Origin: an uncultured Bacteroidales bacterium
GTDB taxonomy: Bacteria; Bacillota_I; Bacilli_A; ML615J-28; CAG-698
Assembly (NCBI GenBank): GCA_964407835.1
Contig: CAYOXB010000001.1
Span: 45,174-109,173 of the forward strand
Reading direction: 5' to 3'
Length of the DNA stretch: 64,000 nucleotides
The notes below the pieces were generated by a model. The model was not told the origin of the DNA. It ran no database searches and worked only from the letters and a program-made list of their open reading frames with translations. Within the stretch, counting starts at the first letter, position 1. Each line of letters opens with the position of its first letter. The translations under genes were made by a program, and so were the position numbers. Positions 20,420 to 30,708 of this stretch are shown here, in pieces.

Positions 20420-20780
20420 AGATTATTTCTCAAATGATTTTGAAACAACAGAAGATAGTCATATACCAGAGCTTAGATCAAGGTATTATAGAACTACTAG
20501 CAATAAAGCAAAAGAAGTAGTTTTGAAGTTAGTTGAACATGAAAATGCTAAAATAAAAAATATAGAAGATCAATATAATGAAATATTTTTCCAAGGAGCA
20601 AACTATACTTGTATCATTACAATTATTAGTCCAAGGATTTCTGAAACAGCTATAGATATAAAAATAACTACATATAAAATACTACCCTTTGGTTTGGGTA
20701 AAAAGATTATTGAAAGAATGTATAAATATTTAGATTCACAACTGCCTTTTAAAGGAGTTAGTTTATATAAAGGATTATAA
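20409..20780 (+). CDS. Hypothetical protein (123 aa) in the syntenic slot where nrdR sits in Bacillus
   Basis: Has no zinc ribbon and no ATP-cone motif, so it is not NrdR. Overlaps the coaE stop. Confidence 0.45.
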   Translation: MKFKDYFSNDFETTEDSHIPELRSRYYRTTSNKAKEVVLKLVEHENAKIKNIEDQYNEIFFQGANYTCIITIISPRISETAIDIKITTYKILPFGLGKKIIERMYKYLDSQLPFKGVSLYKGL

Positions 20781-20836
20781 TAACACCTATAATTACATAG
20801 GTGTATATATTGTATATATATAGAAAGGAGATTAAA

Positions 20837-22117
20837 ATGAGTATAGATTTAAATGGCGTGTTTAAAGTATCATATGTATCTGAACTAAGTGGCGAAGATT
20901 ATAATGTTTTAAGCCAATATTATTTGCCTATAATGGGAATGGATAGTTTTTCATTATACTTATTTTTATATGGGTTAAGCACTCATCAATCATATCAATT
21001 TAAAAAAATCATCGATGCTCTTAATTTTAATACTCCAAAATTTATTAAAAGGGCGCTTTCCAAGCTTGAAGGTTTATCGCTTGTAAAGACATATTACAAC
21101 GAACAAAAAGGTTATCATTTATATTTGAAAACCCCAGCATGTAAAAGAGCATTTTTAGAAAACCATTTACTATCTACTTTGTTATATAATCAAGTAGGTG
21201 AAGTAGAGTTTTCAAAATTAAGTAAGGTTAACACATCATCCCCAAGGGGCTATGATGATGTAACTAAATCATTTGATGATGTATTTGAATTTCAAGAACA
21301 AAATGTTGGTAATATTTTTAATAGTATTTTAAAATTAAAATCACAAGTAGATATTAAGATTACTAATCCAAATTTTGATTATGTCTTTTTTAAAATGAAT
21401 TTTGACACTGAGTTCATCGATTCAAAAATATTTGATGATGAAGAATTTGCTGCTCATATTTTGTCTACATCTTATAACTATAATTTAAATGAAGAAGAGA
21501 TGAAAGAAGTAGTTATGAATACTATTGAATATGATAAAGACTTAAAGTTCCAAGATATATCTAAGAATGCTAGAAAATACTATCAAAAGAAAAGCGGAGA
21601 TACTAAAAAGGTTATAGTTACAAAAGAAGCTGATGCATTTGTTAATAGTGCTAAAGATAGTGAACAATATATATTAGTTGATAAATTAGGTAAAATGTCA
21701 CCGATTGAACTGCTTACTAGTTTAAATGGGGGAATTAAACCTGCAGTTTCAGAAATTGCTATTATTGAAGAATTACAAAAGAATACTAATTTTTCTCAAG
21801 CTATTATAAATGTAATGATCTTATTGGTTAATAATCAAAAAGAAGGGGTTCTACCTGGGTATCCATATTTTGAAAAGATTGCAAATACTTGGGCAAGAGC
21901 AGGAATAAAAAATGCAGTTGAAGCTTTAGAATATATTAGCAAGGAAAACGAAAAGCGTAAGGCACCTAAAACTACATTTGTAAAAGGACAAAAATCTGCT
22001 CCAGTACCTGATTGGTATGAAAGTTATGAAAGTCAATTAGCTGAACTACCTAAAGCAGAAAAACTAAGTCAAGAAGAAAAGGCAAAGATTCTTGCTGAAG
22101 CTAAAGAGGAATTATAA
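20837..22117 (+). CDS. Replication initiation/membrane attachment protein, DnaB/DnaD family
   Basis: N-terminal winged-helix-like region, and a C-terminal DDBH2 segment carrying the 'YFEKIANTW' motif. Precedes dnaI as in Bacillus. RBS GAAAGGAG. Confidence 0.7.
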   Translation: MSIDLNGVFKVSYVSELSGEDYNVLSQYYLPIMGMDSFSLYLFLYGLSTHQSYQFKKIIDALNFNTPKFIKRALSKLEGLSLVKTYYNEQKGYHLYLKTPACKRAFLENHLLSTLLYNQVGEVEFSKLSKVNTSSPRGYDDVTKSFDDVFEFQEQNVGNIFNSILKLKSQVDIKITNPNFDYVFFKMNFDTEFIDSKIFDDEEFAAHILSTSYNYNLNEEEMKEVVMNTIEYDKDLKFQDISKNARKYYQKKSGDTKKVIVTKEADAFVNSAKDSEQYILVDKLGKMSPIELLTSLNGGIKPAVSEIAIIEELQKNTNFSQAIINVMILLVNNQKEGVLPGYPYFEKIANTWARAGIKNAVEALEYISKENEKRKAPKTTFVKGQKSAPVPDWYESYESQLAELPKAEKLSQEEKAKILAEAKEEL

Positions 22118-22118
22118 T

Positions 22119-22967
22119 ATGAATTATTTAAAAAGCGCAATTGACAATTTATTTAAAGATGCAGAAATTAAAAAATTCATTTTAGAAAATAAACTTACTG
22201 ATGATGATATTATTAATAATTTAAGTACGCTTACAACTCAACAGGAAAATAATTTGATTTGTAAGAAAAATCCTAAAGGATATTTGGATGATCCTTTTGG
22301 AATGGCTTCTAGAATTGAATATAGTGGTGGAGTTGTTGATTTAATTTATTATGAAGTTGAGGATACAGGTGCAAAAAATAATCTTGAAACTTTGTTTTTC
22401 CCAACATTTCCAGATATTGCTAATCATAAATTGTATAATAGTATTAATAGAAGTGAAGTTCTAAACGAAGTTCTTAGATTTCAAAAAACATATAAACCCA
22501 ACAAATTTATTAAAGGTGTTTTTATCCATGGTAAATTTGGAACAGGTAAAACATTTTTAATGCAAAGACTTGCTTATAGACTTAGTGAAAAAGGCCATAA
22601 AGTTTTAATAGCATATTATCCAGATTTAGTTCGTCAAATTAAATCAAGCATAGCAGATGGAGCAGTTGAAACATATATAAATAAATTAAAACACGCTGAT
22701 GTTTTAATTTTAGATGATATTGGTGCAGAAAGTAATACTAATTTTATTCGTGATGAAGTATTGGGACCAATCTTACAGTTTAGAATTGATATGGAGTTAC
22801 CAGTTTGTATGACTAGTAATTTGAGTTTTGATGAGTTAAAACTACATTTCCAAGAATCTAGTACGGGTAAAAATGTAATAAATAGTGAAAGGATTATTTC
22901 AAGAATTAGATATTTAATGACTCCTGTTAATTTGGATGACATTGATTATCGTGCTAACAAAAAGTAG
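22119..22967 (+). CDS. dnaI: Primosomal helicase loader DnaI
   Basis: AAA+ Walker A 'GKFGTGKTF' and Walker B 'VLILDDIG'. RBS AGAGGA. Confidence 0.85.
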   Translation: MNYLKSAIDNLFKDAEIKKFILENKLTDDDIINNLSTLTTQQENNLICKKNPKGYLDDPFGMASRIEYSGGVVDLIYYEVEDTGAKNNLETLFFPTFPDIANHKLYNSINRSEVLNEVLRFQKTYKPNKFIKGVFIHGKFGTGKTFLMQRLAYRLSEKGHKVLIAYYPDLVRQIKSSIADGAVETYINKLKHADVLILDDIGAESNTNFIRDEVLGPILQFRIDMELPVCMTSNLSFDELKLHFQESSTGKNVINSERIISRIRYLMTPVNLDDIDYRANKK

Positions 22968-23029
22968 TCAATAAGATTGACAAGGAACAAAAGAAGTTGT
23001 ATAATAATTAATATAAAACTGTGAAGTGG

Positions 23030-23236
23030 ACAAGATTAATAAAATTTTTATTTATAGCGAAAGTATGATAGTGAAAGATACTTAATAAAACTTATTAGTT
23101 ACTACCGTGGAGTTGAACTCGAAAGAGATTCCGTTATTCAGCGTTAATGAAATTGAGCGCAGTAGTGTTTTTAAACACTATTGAATTAAGGTGGTACCAC
23201 GTTATAATACGTCCTTTTTAGAAGGGCGTTTTTATT
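23030..23236 (+). promoter_or_regulatory. T-box leader (Thr) upstream of thrS
   Basis: Conserved T-box 'aattaaggtggtaccacg' (23184-23201), then the terminator cgtcc/tttttagaa/gggcg plus a T-run (about 23208-23236). Stem I region with ACU/ACC candidates ('ttagttactaccgtgg'). Confidence 0.8.
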
Positions 23237-23251
23237 TTTTAGGAGGATAAT

Positions 23252-25162
23252 ATGAAAATTAGTTTTTTAGATGGAAGTGTGAGTGAATATAAAGATGGCC
23301 TAAGTGCTATGGATATTGCTAAAAGCATATCTCCATCTCTAGCAAAGAAATCAATATTTGCTAAAGTAAACGGTGAAGATTATGATTTGAACAGACCAAT
23401 ACTAGCTGATGCAACACTTGAATTAATTACAAAGGAGAGAGTTGAAGCTTTAGAAGCTTTGAATCATTCTTGTAGTCATTTACTTGCAAGTGCTGTTAAG
23501 AAATTATATCCGAAGGCACAATTTGGAGTTGGTCCAGCAATTGAAGAAGGATTCTATTATGACATTAATCCTGGGGATAATGTTAAGATAACTGAAGCTG
23601 ATCTAGTTAAAATAGAAGATGAGATGAAGAAAATTGCTAGTAAAAATTATGATTTTATTCGTGAAGAATTATCAAAAGAAGAAGCTTTGAAGAAGTTTTC
23701 TTATGATAAATACAAACAAGAAATTATAAATGAACTTGAGGATGGTGTAGTTATTTCTACATACACTCATGGGGATTTTTCTGATCTTTGTAGAGGACCG
23801 CATTTAGATAATACTAAGCATTTAAAATATTTTAAATTACTTAATATTAGTGGTGCCTATTGGAGGGGAGATTCTAAAAATGAGCAGCTTCAAAGAATAT
23901 ATGGAACATGCTTTTTTAATCAAGAAGATTTGAATAAGCACTTAGAAGTATTAAAAGAAAGAGCTGAGAGAGATCATCGTAAACTTGGGCGTGAGCTTGA
24001 ATTATTCATGTTAAGCGAATATGGTCCTGGCTTTCCTTTCTGGTTACCTAAGGGTATGATTCTTCGTAGAGCACTAGAAGAATACTGGTTCAAGGTTCAC
24101 ACTAGAGAAAATTATCAGTTCATTCAAACTCCAATTATGCTTAATAAAGACTTATGGGAGATATCAGGACACTGGTTAAACTATAAAGATAATATGTATA
24201 TTTCAGAAATTGACAAGCATGAATTTGCGATTAAACCGATGAATTGTCCTGGAGGATTGTTGGTATATAAACACTCCCTACACTCATATAAAGACCTTCC
24301 TCTTAGAGTTGGTGAACTAGGATTAGTTCATAGACATGAAGCAAGTGGGGCTTTAAATGGCTTATTTAGAGTAAGAAACTTCACTCAAGATGATGCTCAT
24401 ATCTATATGAGAGAAGATCAAATTATCGATGAAGTAGGAAATTTAATTAAATTATTTGATGAAATTTATTCAGTTTTTGGTTTGAAATATCACATTGAAT
24501 TATCTACAAGGCCTGAAGAAAAGTATATTGGGTCTATCGAAGTTTGGGATAAATCAGAAAAAGCACTAGCAAAAGCATGCGAAGCAGTAGGAAAAAATTA
24601 CAAAGTAAATCCTGGTGATGGAGCGTTTTATGGACCTAAATTAGACTTCAAATTACGCGATTCAATGAATAGAGTATGGCAATGTGGAACTATTCAGCTA
24701 GATATGAATTTACCAGAAAGATTTGATATATTCTATATTGGTGAAAATGGTGAGAAGGTTAGACCAGTTATGCTACATAGAGCTATTTTTGGTTCGCTTG
24801 AAAGATTTATTGGAATTTTAATTGAACATTATGGTGGAGCTTTTCCAACATGGCTTGCCCCTGTACAAGTAAAACTAATTCCGGTTAATAATACTTATCA
24901 TTTAGAGTATGTAAATAAAGTGAAAGATATTTTATTAGATGCTAATATTAGAGTAGAAGTAGATTCTAGAGAAGAAAAATTAGGCTATAAAATTAGAGAA
25001 GCACAAACTAAGAAAATACCTTATCAATTAATTATTGGTGATAATGAGGTTAAAGAAGAAGTTTTAACTTATCGTGCTTATGGTAAGCAAGAATCAGTAA
25101 CTTTATCTATTCTCGAATTTGTGGAAAAAATTCAAAAAGAAATTAAAAACTTAGGTCAATAG
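23252..25162 (+). CDS. thrS: Threonine--tRNA ligase
   Basis: TGS domain, editing domain with 'HSCSHLLA', and class II core. Confidence 0.97.
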   Translation: MKISFLDGSVSEYKDGLSAMDIAKSISPSLAKKSIFAKVNGEDYDLNRPILADATLELITKERVEALEALNHSCSHLLASAVKKLYPKAQFGVGPAIEEGFYYDINPGDNVKITEADLVKIEDEMKKIASKNYDFIREELSKEEALKKFSYDKYKQEIINELEDGVVISTYTHGDFSDLCRGPHLDNTKHLKYFKLLNISGAYWRGDSKNEQLQRIYGTCFFNQEDLNKHLEVLKERAERDHRKLGRELELFMLSEYGPGFPFWLPKGMILRRALEEYWFKVHTRENYQFIQTPIMLNKDLWEISGHWLNYKDNMYISEIDKHEFAIKPMNCPGGLLVYKHSLHSYKDLPLRVGELGLVHRHEASGALNGLFRVRNFTQDDAHIYMREDQIIDEVGNLIKLFDEIYSVFGLKYHIELSTRPEEKYIGSIEVWDKSEKALAKACEAVGKNYKVNPGDGAFYGPKLDFKLRDSMNRVWQCGTIQLDMNLPERFDIFYIGENGEKVRPVMLHRAIFGSLERFIGILIEHYGGAFPTWLAPVQVKLIPVNNTYHLEYVNKVKDILLDANIRVEVDSREEKLGYKIREAQTKKIPYQLIIGDNEVKEEVLTYRAYGKQESVTLSILEFVEKIQKEIKNLGQ

Positions 25163-25170
25163 GTTAATGA

Positions 25171-26064
25171 ATGAAAAAACTACTTGATGAATTAACGTAT
25201 TTACAAGAGAGGATGCATAGGAAGAGTAAAAAGAACTTTCGTGATTATTTGAAGACTAAAGCTGAAAAGGCTGAACTTAGCTATCAAATATATCCAAAAG
25301 CTCCTCTTGCGAAAAACGTTGTTATTGGTAATCTTAAAACAGCTAAGTATGTTTTAATGGCTCATTATGATACGCCTCCTAGAATGCCAAGTTTTTTAAT
25401 GAAAAGTGTCTTACTTCTTAATATAGTAGTTAGTTTATTTCCGATTTTTTTAGTCTTGCTAGCTGCTTACTTTGAGCTACCAATGATTTTACCTCTTATC
25501 GTTATTATTCTTATGCTTTTGTATGTTATGGGAATAGGTATTGCTAATAAGAAAAACTTTAATGACAATACTAGTGGTATATTAGTATTACTAAAATTAA
25601 TGGAAACAATAAATAATGACAAAGTTGCTTATGTATTTTTTGATAATGAAGAAAAGGGATTATTTGGCTCAAATATTTTAGCTTCATTTTTAAGAAAACA
25701 AGCTACCTATAAAGCTTATAATAAAAAATTTATTAATTTTGATTGCGTAGGTAGGGGAAATTTATTAGGTGTTGCAGCTTTTAAGAAAAATAAACTTGCT
25801 GAAGATATTATTGAAATTGGTAAAGATAATAATAATGAAAATATTGATATTGAATATAGGAAAACTTCTATTTTAGAAGCAAGTGATCACATGTCTTTTA
25901 AGGGTTTGAATTCTGTTGGTATAATGTGCTATAATAAAAAAGGCAGAAAATATAAGATTGAGAATATACATTCTGCTAAAGACAGTTATATAAGTGAAGA
26001 AAACATTAATTACTTAGTTAGTATTATGACTGAGTATCTAGAAAGAGAAAAAGAACATGAATGA
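25171..26064 (+). CDS. M28-family peptidase-like membrane protein
   Basis: 'AHYDTPP...DNTSGILVLLKLMETI...VAYVFFDNEEKGLFGS...SDHMSF', with hydrophobic segments inserted in the middle. Confidence 0.5.
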   Translation: MKKLLDELTYLQERMHRKSKKNFRDYLKTKAEKAELSYQIYPKAPLAKNVVIGNLKTAKYVLMAHYDTPPRMPSFLMKSVLLLNIVVSLFPIFLVLLAAYFELPMILPLIVIILMLLYVMGIGIANKKNFNDNTSGILVLLKLMETINNDKVAYVFFDNEEKGLFGSNILASFLRKQATYKAYNKKFINFDCVGRGNLLGVAAFKKNKLAEDIIEIGKDNNNENIDIEYRKTSILEASDHMSFKGLNSVGIMCYNKKGRKYKIENIHSAKDSYISEENINYLVSIMTEYLEREKEHE

Positions 26065-26866
26065 AGAAGTTGAAGTTGTTGATGTACAAATAGAAGAAAG
26101 CTTTAGAATATCTAAAAGAGTTACTAATGGATCGTTTTATCTAATTACATTCCTTGTAGGTTTTGCTGCTTTTTATGGAATTCAATCAATTATTCAAACG
26201 GTATTAATGCTTTTTTATGAATTTAAAATGCCAGGCTTTGCTCTTGATTTTGCGAACTATATTTATAATCAAGAGTATAATTTACTAACTAATGAAATGT
26301 GGGCTGTTTTAAATGTCGCTCAATTTCTTGGAGGGTTGATTTTATCCATCTTAGGAATAATATTTTTAAGAAATGTTTTTAAAGAAGATTTTAGAAAGTT
26401 TAAAAAAGATAAGCGTAATAATCTATTTCTTATTTTTGGTGGATTTGGCATAATGATTATCGCTATGAATGTAATGGATCAATTATTTGAATATTTTGAA
26501 ATTGCAGGTTCTAGTGATAATCAAAGTTTAATCGAATTTGCTCTAGCATCTAATACAAAAGCTTTAATGTATATAGCGGTTGTCTTATTTGCACCTTTTG
26601 TGGAAGAGTTAATATTTAGAAAAACATTAATTGGAGTTATCGAAGATAAATTCAAATGGCCTAGACTACTGGGAGTATTTATATCAGCAGCTATTTTTTC
26701 TGCACTCCACGCTATAGATATATTCTTTGTTCAATATTTTGTAATGGCTTTGATTATTACTTTTAGTTATTACTTATCGAAAAACAATATTTTTGTTCCA
26801 ATAGGAATTCACTTTTTAAATAATTCATTAATATTACTATATATATTTATGAATATCATGAGGTAA
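26057..26866 (+). CDS. CPBP family intramembrane metalloprotease (CAAX protease/Abi)
   Basis: Motif 1 'EELIFRKTLIG', 'FSALHA', and 'HFLNN'. Confidence 0.7.
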   Translation: MNEEVEVVDVQIEESFRISKRVTNGSFYLITFLVGFAAFYGIQSIIQTVLMLFYEFKMPGFALDFANYIYNQEYNLLTNEMWAVLNVAQFLGGLILSILGIIFLRNVFKEDFRKFKKDKRNNLFLIFGGFGIMIIAMNVMDQLFEYFEIAGSSDNQSLIEFALASNTKALMYIAVVLFAPFVEELIFRKTLIGVIEDKFKWPRLLGVFISAAIFSALHAIDIFFVQYFVMALIITFSYYLSKNNIFVPIGIHFLNNSLILLYIFMNIMR

Positions 26867-26874
26867 AATAATAT

Positions 26875-27783
26875 ATGGATAAATATGAAACATATGTTGA
26901 AGCAGCTAAAGCAGCTTATAAAGAAAACAATTTAATAAAAGCTGCTAGGCTTTATGAAACAGCTTTTGTGGAAGAAGTTAGGATTGACGATTTACTTCAT
27001 TTGGGGGCCATATATTTAGATTTGAAAAAATATAATTCCGCATTAAAAATATTTGAAGATGTAATCTCTGTTCAACCTAATAATTTTTTAGCTTATTATG
27101 GTCTTGCATCAAGCTATAATGATTTAGGTAGAGCTGAGGATGCAATTATAAACTTTAAAAAAGTTTTGATGCTTAACCCTGAATATGCAGATGCATATTT
27201 TGGTATAGCTTTAATTTTAGATTATCAAGATAATGATGAATGTGAGAAGTATTACTTAAAGACAATTGAATATGATCCTAATCATTATTGGGCAAATACT
27301 AATTTAGGACCTTTTTATGATAAAAAAGAAAATTATGAGCTTGCTTTAAAACATACAAAGATTGCTTTTGATATTGATCCTAATGGTAGTTTAGTAGCTT
27401 TTAACTTAGGTGTAATATATTCAAAGTTAAAAGACTTTGATGAATCATTGAAGTATTATAAAATTGAACTAGAAAAAGATAATCCACATATAACAACTTA
27501 TTTAAATTTAGGACTATTATATAAAGATATATTTAAAGATTTTGATTTAGCCAAACAAACATATTTGGAAGGTATTTCAAAAGATAAAGATAACTCTGAT
27601 ATATGGTATAACTTAGGGTGTTTATATGTTGCTCTTGATGATTTAGAAAATGCATATAATTGTTTACTATATGCTAATTTAAAAGATTTTAAATTAAGAG
27701 ATTTTATGAAAGAAGATCCAGAGCTTGAAGAGTTTAGAAAAACATTAGAATATAAAAAATTAATTGAAACAATAAAAGGCTAA
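26875..27783 (+). CDS. TPR repeat protein
   Basis: Repeated 34-aa W/LG/Y/A/F/A/P-type helices ('AYYGLASSYNDLGRAEDAI', 'AYFGIALIL'). Confidence 0.7.
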   Translation: MDKYETYVEAAKAAYKENNLIKAARLYETAFVEEVRIDDLLHLGAIYLDLKKYNSALKIFEDVISVQPNNFLAYYGLASSYNDLGRAEDAIINFKKVLMLNPEYADAYFGIALILDYQDNDECEKYYLKTIEYDPNHYWANTNLGPFYDKKENYELALKHTKIAFDIDPNGSLVAFNLGVIYSKLKDFDESLKYYKIELEKDNPHITTYLNLGLLYKDIFKDFDLAKQTYLEGISKDKDNSDIWYNLGCLYVALDDLENAYNCLLYANLKDFKLRDFMKEDPELEEFRKTLEYKKLIETIKG

Positions 27784-27811
27784 ATTATTAGCCTTTTTCT
27801 ATATCTCTGTT

Positions 27812-27840
27812 TTGTTTTTGATTAATTTTAATGGTATAAT
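27812..27840 (+). promoter_or_regulatory. Promoter for trmFO
   Basis: -35 TTGTTT, a 17-nt spacer, extended -10 TGGTATAAT. Preceded by the terminator aaaaggctaa/attatt/agccttttt (27775-27800). Confidence 0.5.
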
Positions 27841-27858
27841 TAAAGGTGAGGGAAAAAT

Positions 27859-29157
27859 ATGAAAACAATTAATATTATCGGTGCTGGTCTAGCTGGATCA
27901 GAAGCTGCATATCAACTTGCTAAGCGAGGATTTAAAGTAAACTTATATGAAATGAGACCAAAGAAAACTACACCTGCTCATCAAACAGGGTTGTTTTCTG
28001 AGCTTGTGTGCTCTAATTCCCTAAGAGCAATATCTCTTGAAAATGCAGTTGGTCTTTTAAAGGTTGAAATGGAAATGCTTGATTCTTTAATAATGGAAGC
28101 AGCGAAGGAAACAGAAGTTCCTGCAGGAGGGTCTTTGGCTGTAGATAGAGTTTTGTTTTCAGAGTATATAACTAATAAACTTTTAAAAAATAAAAACATT
28201 AGTTTTATTAATGAAGAAATAAAAGAAATACCAATTGGACCAACAATAATTGCAACAGGTCCTCTTACTAGCGATGATTTAAGTTTAGCTTTAAAAAAAC
28301 TAACTGATGATGATCATTTATATTTCTTTGATGCAGTAGCTCCAATTGTTTTAGAAGAATCAATTAATAAAGATATTGCTTATTTAAAAAGCAGATATGA
28401 TAAGGGTGAAGCTAGTTATTTAAATTGCCCTATGAATGAAGAAGAATATAATAATTTTTATAATGAATTAATAAATGCTGAAAAGGCTGAAATAAAAGAC
28501 TTTGAAAAGAAAATATTTGAAGGTTGTATGCCAATAGAAGATATGGCTTCTAGAGGCGAGAAGACTTTATTATTTGGACCGCTTAAGCCTGTAGGTTTAA
28601 AAAACCCAAATACAGGTGAAATACCATATGCAGTTGTGCAATTAAGACAAGATAATATAAATAAAACTATGTATAATTTGGTTGGCTTTCAAACTCAACT
28701 TAAGTTTGGTGAACAAAAAAGAATAATTAGAATGATTCCAGGTTTGGAAAAAGCCGAGATAGTCCGTTATGGTGTTATGCATAGAAATACTTTTATAAAT
28801 AGTCCGAAATTATTAAATAAATATTTTCAAACTAAAGATAGAGAAGATTTGTTTTTTGCAGGACAAATTACCGGTGTAGAAGGATATGTTGAAAGTGCGG
28901 CAAGTGGGCTTGTTGCTAGTATTAATATGGCAAGATATTTACAAGATAAGCCTTTAATAGATTTTTCAAGGAAAACAGGTTTAGGTGCACTAGCAAATTA
29001 CATTAGTTCGCCCAATAGTAATTTTCAACCCATGAATGTTAATTTTGGGATTTTTGAAAATATAACTGAAAGACTTAAAAAAAGAGATAGGAAAGAATAT
29101 TATGGAGTTCGCAGTATAGAATATCTAAAATCTTTGTTAGGTGAAATCAATGAGTGA
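27859..29157 (+). CDS. trmFO: Methylenetetrahydrofolate--tRNA-(uracil54-C5)-methyltransferase
   Basis: FAD fold '[12 protein letters not shown]', GidA-related. trmFO-xerC order matches Bacillus. Confidence 0.93.
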   Translation: MKTINIIGAGLAGSEAAYQLAKRGFKVNLYEMRPKKTTPAHQTGLFSELVCSNSLRAISLENAVGLLKVEMEMLDSLIMEAAKETEVPAGGSLAVDRVLFSEYITNKLLKNKNISFINEEIKEIPIGPTIIATGPLTSDDLSLALKKLTDDDHLYFFDAVAPIVLEESINKDIAYLKSRYDKGEASYLNCPMNEEEYNNFYNELINAEKAEIKDFEKKIFEGCMPIEDMASRGEKTLLFGPLKPVGLKNPNTGEIPYAVVQLRQDNINKTMYNLVGFQTQLKFGEQKRIIRMIPGLEKAEIVRYGVMHRNTFINSPKLLNKYFQTKDREDLFFAGQITGVEGYVESAASGLVASINMARYLQDKPLIDFSRKTGLGALANYISSPNSNFQPMNVNFGIFENITERLKKRDRKEYYGVRSIEYLKSLLGEINE

Positions 29158-30076
29158 AGATAAACTTATTAGTAACTTTTATATGTATTTAAAAAATGAG
29201 AGGAATTATTCAGAACATACTCTTAACTCTTACTTATTTGATATTAAAGAATTCCAAAACTTTTTAAAAACAAATCAATTTGGCGGATTAACTAAACTAG
29301 GTAATAATATTCCAAGATATTTCTTGGCTCATTTAAACCAAAAGCATAATCCTAGAAGCGTTGCAAGAAAACTAAGTAGCTTGAGAAGCTTTTATAGGTT
29401 TTTAGTTCAAGAAGAAATTGTGGAGACTAATTTATTTGCAACTACATCTGCACCAAAACAAAACAAAAGACTTCCAAAGATGGTATATAGTGAAGAGATA
29501 GACAATTTGTTTGAAAGTATTAATACAGATCAAGTTATAGGTAAAAGAGATTATGCAATGCTTGAAATACTATATGGAACGGGCTTGCGTGTTAGTGAAT
29601 TTACTAGTTTAAGGATTCAAGATATTGATTTTTATAATCAAACTTTTATAGTTATGGGAAAAGGTGGAAAAGAAAGATATGTTCCATTCCATTCAGGAAT
29701 TAAAGAAGCGCTACTAGATTATATGAATTTCTCTAGAAATGAGTTATTGAAAAAAGAAACAGCTATACCAAGTGATGCTTTGTTTTTGAATTTTAAAGGT
29801 AATCCACTTACTTCTAGAGGAGTGAGAGTTATCTTAAAAGAGTTAAATGAAAAAGCTATGAACAATCAAAACATTTCACCTCATATGTTTAGACATTCAT
29901 ACGCAACTCATTTACTTGATAATGGGGCTGATTTAAGAAGTGTTCAGGAATTATTAGGTCATGCTAATCTTTCCACAACCCAAATATATACTCACGTATC
30001 TAAAGATAAATTAAAAGAAGAATATGAAAAACATCATCCGATGGCAAAACATAAAAACAAGGAGAATGAAGAATGA
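29150..30076 (+). CDS. xerC: Tyrosine recombinase XerC
   Basis: Catalytic residues R...HxxR...Y in 'LRVSEF', '[12 protein letters not shown]' and '[15 protein letters not shown]'. Confidence 0.85.
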   Translation: MSEDKLISNFYMYLKNERNYSEHTLNSYLFDIKEFQNFLKTNQFGGLTKLGNNIPRYFLAHLNQKHNPRSVARKLSSLRSFYRFLVQEEIVETNLFATTSAPKQNKRLPKMVYSEEIDNLFESINTDQVIGKRDYAMLEILYGTGLRVSEFTSLRIQDIDFYNQTFIVMGKGGKERYVPFHSGIKEALLDYMNFSRNELLKKETAIPSDALFLNFKGNPLTSRGVRVILKELNEKAMNNQNISPHMFRHSYATHLLDNGADLRSVQELLGHANLSTTQIYTHVSKDKLKEEYEKHHPMAKHKNKENEE

Positions 30077-30540
30077 GGGGATTTTTAAAAGTTAGTAAAA
30101 CAGAATTTAAAAAGCATTTTGATGAAAAATGCTATTATGATGTAATTATTCCGAAGAGAAGCACTAAATCATCTGCAGGTTATGATTTTCATTTAGTTGA
30201 GGATTTAGAAATCAAACCTAAAGAAAGAATAGTAGTAGCAAGTGGAATAAAAGCATATATGAAAAGTGATGAAGTGCTACTTGTTGTAATAAGATCAAGT
30301 TTAGGAATTAAGCATGGAATAAGACTTACTAATCAACTAGGAGTTATTGATAGTGATTATTTTGATAATGAAGATAATGAAGGCCATATTTTAATGGGCT
30401 TAGAAAATACTAGTGAAAAAGTTCTATCTTTAAAAAAAGGAGATAGGGTTGTTCAAGGAATATTTACTAAATATTTAGTTGCAGATAACGAACCAGAGCC
30501 AAGCGATAAAAGGGTTGGCGGGGTTGGAAGTACTAATTAA
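30073..30540 (+). CDS. dut: dUTP diphosphatase
   Basis: Trimeric dUTPase motifs 'RSTKSSAGYDF', 'GVIDSDY' and 'GDRVVQ'. Confidence 0.8.
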   Translation: MRGFLKVSKTEFKKHFDEKCYYDVIIPKRSTKSSAGYDFHLVEDLEIKPKERIVVASGIKAYMKSDEVLLVVIRSSLGIKHGIRLTNQLGVIDSDYFDNEDNEGHILMGLENTSEKVLSLKKGDRVVQGIFTKYLVADNEPEPSDKRVGGVGSTN

Positions 30541-30558
30541 ATCTATACGCAAAACTGT

Positions 30559-30587
30559 TTGCAAATACTAAGCGGTTGTGGTATAAT
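30559..30587 (+). promoter_or_regulatory. Promoter for rpsB-tsf
   Basis: -35 TTGCAA, a 17-nt spacer, extended -10 TGGTATAAT. Confidence 0.55.
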
Positions 30588-30708
30588 ATGTAAGGCAATA
30601 AAAAAATACACACACAAGAGGAGATGGTCGTCCAGTGCATAATATTATGTGGCGGTTGTTTAGGATAATTGTGGAGGCCAAAACAAAATAAAAAGGAGAA
30701 AGAAAAGA

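Noticed and set aside
29141-30076. xerC as a sign of an integrated mobile element or prophage boundary
   Set aside because: It sits in the conserved chromosomal trmFO-xerC context, as in Bacillus. No flanking repeats, phage genes or tRNA attachment site are visible.
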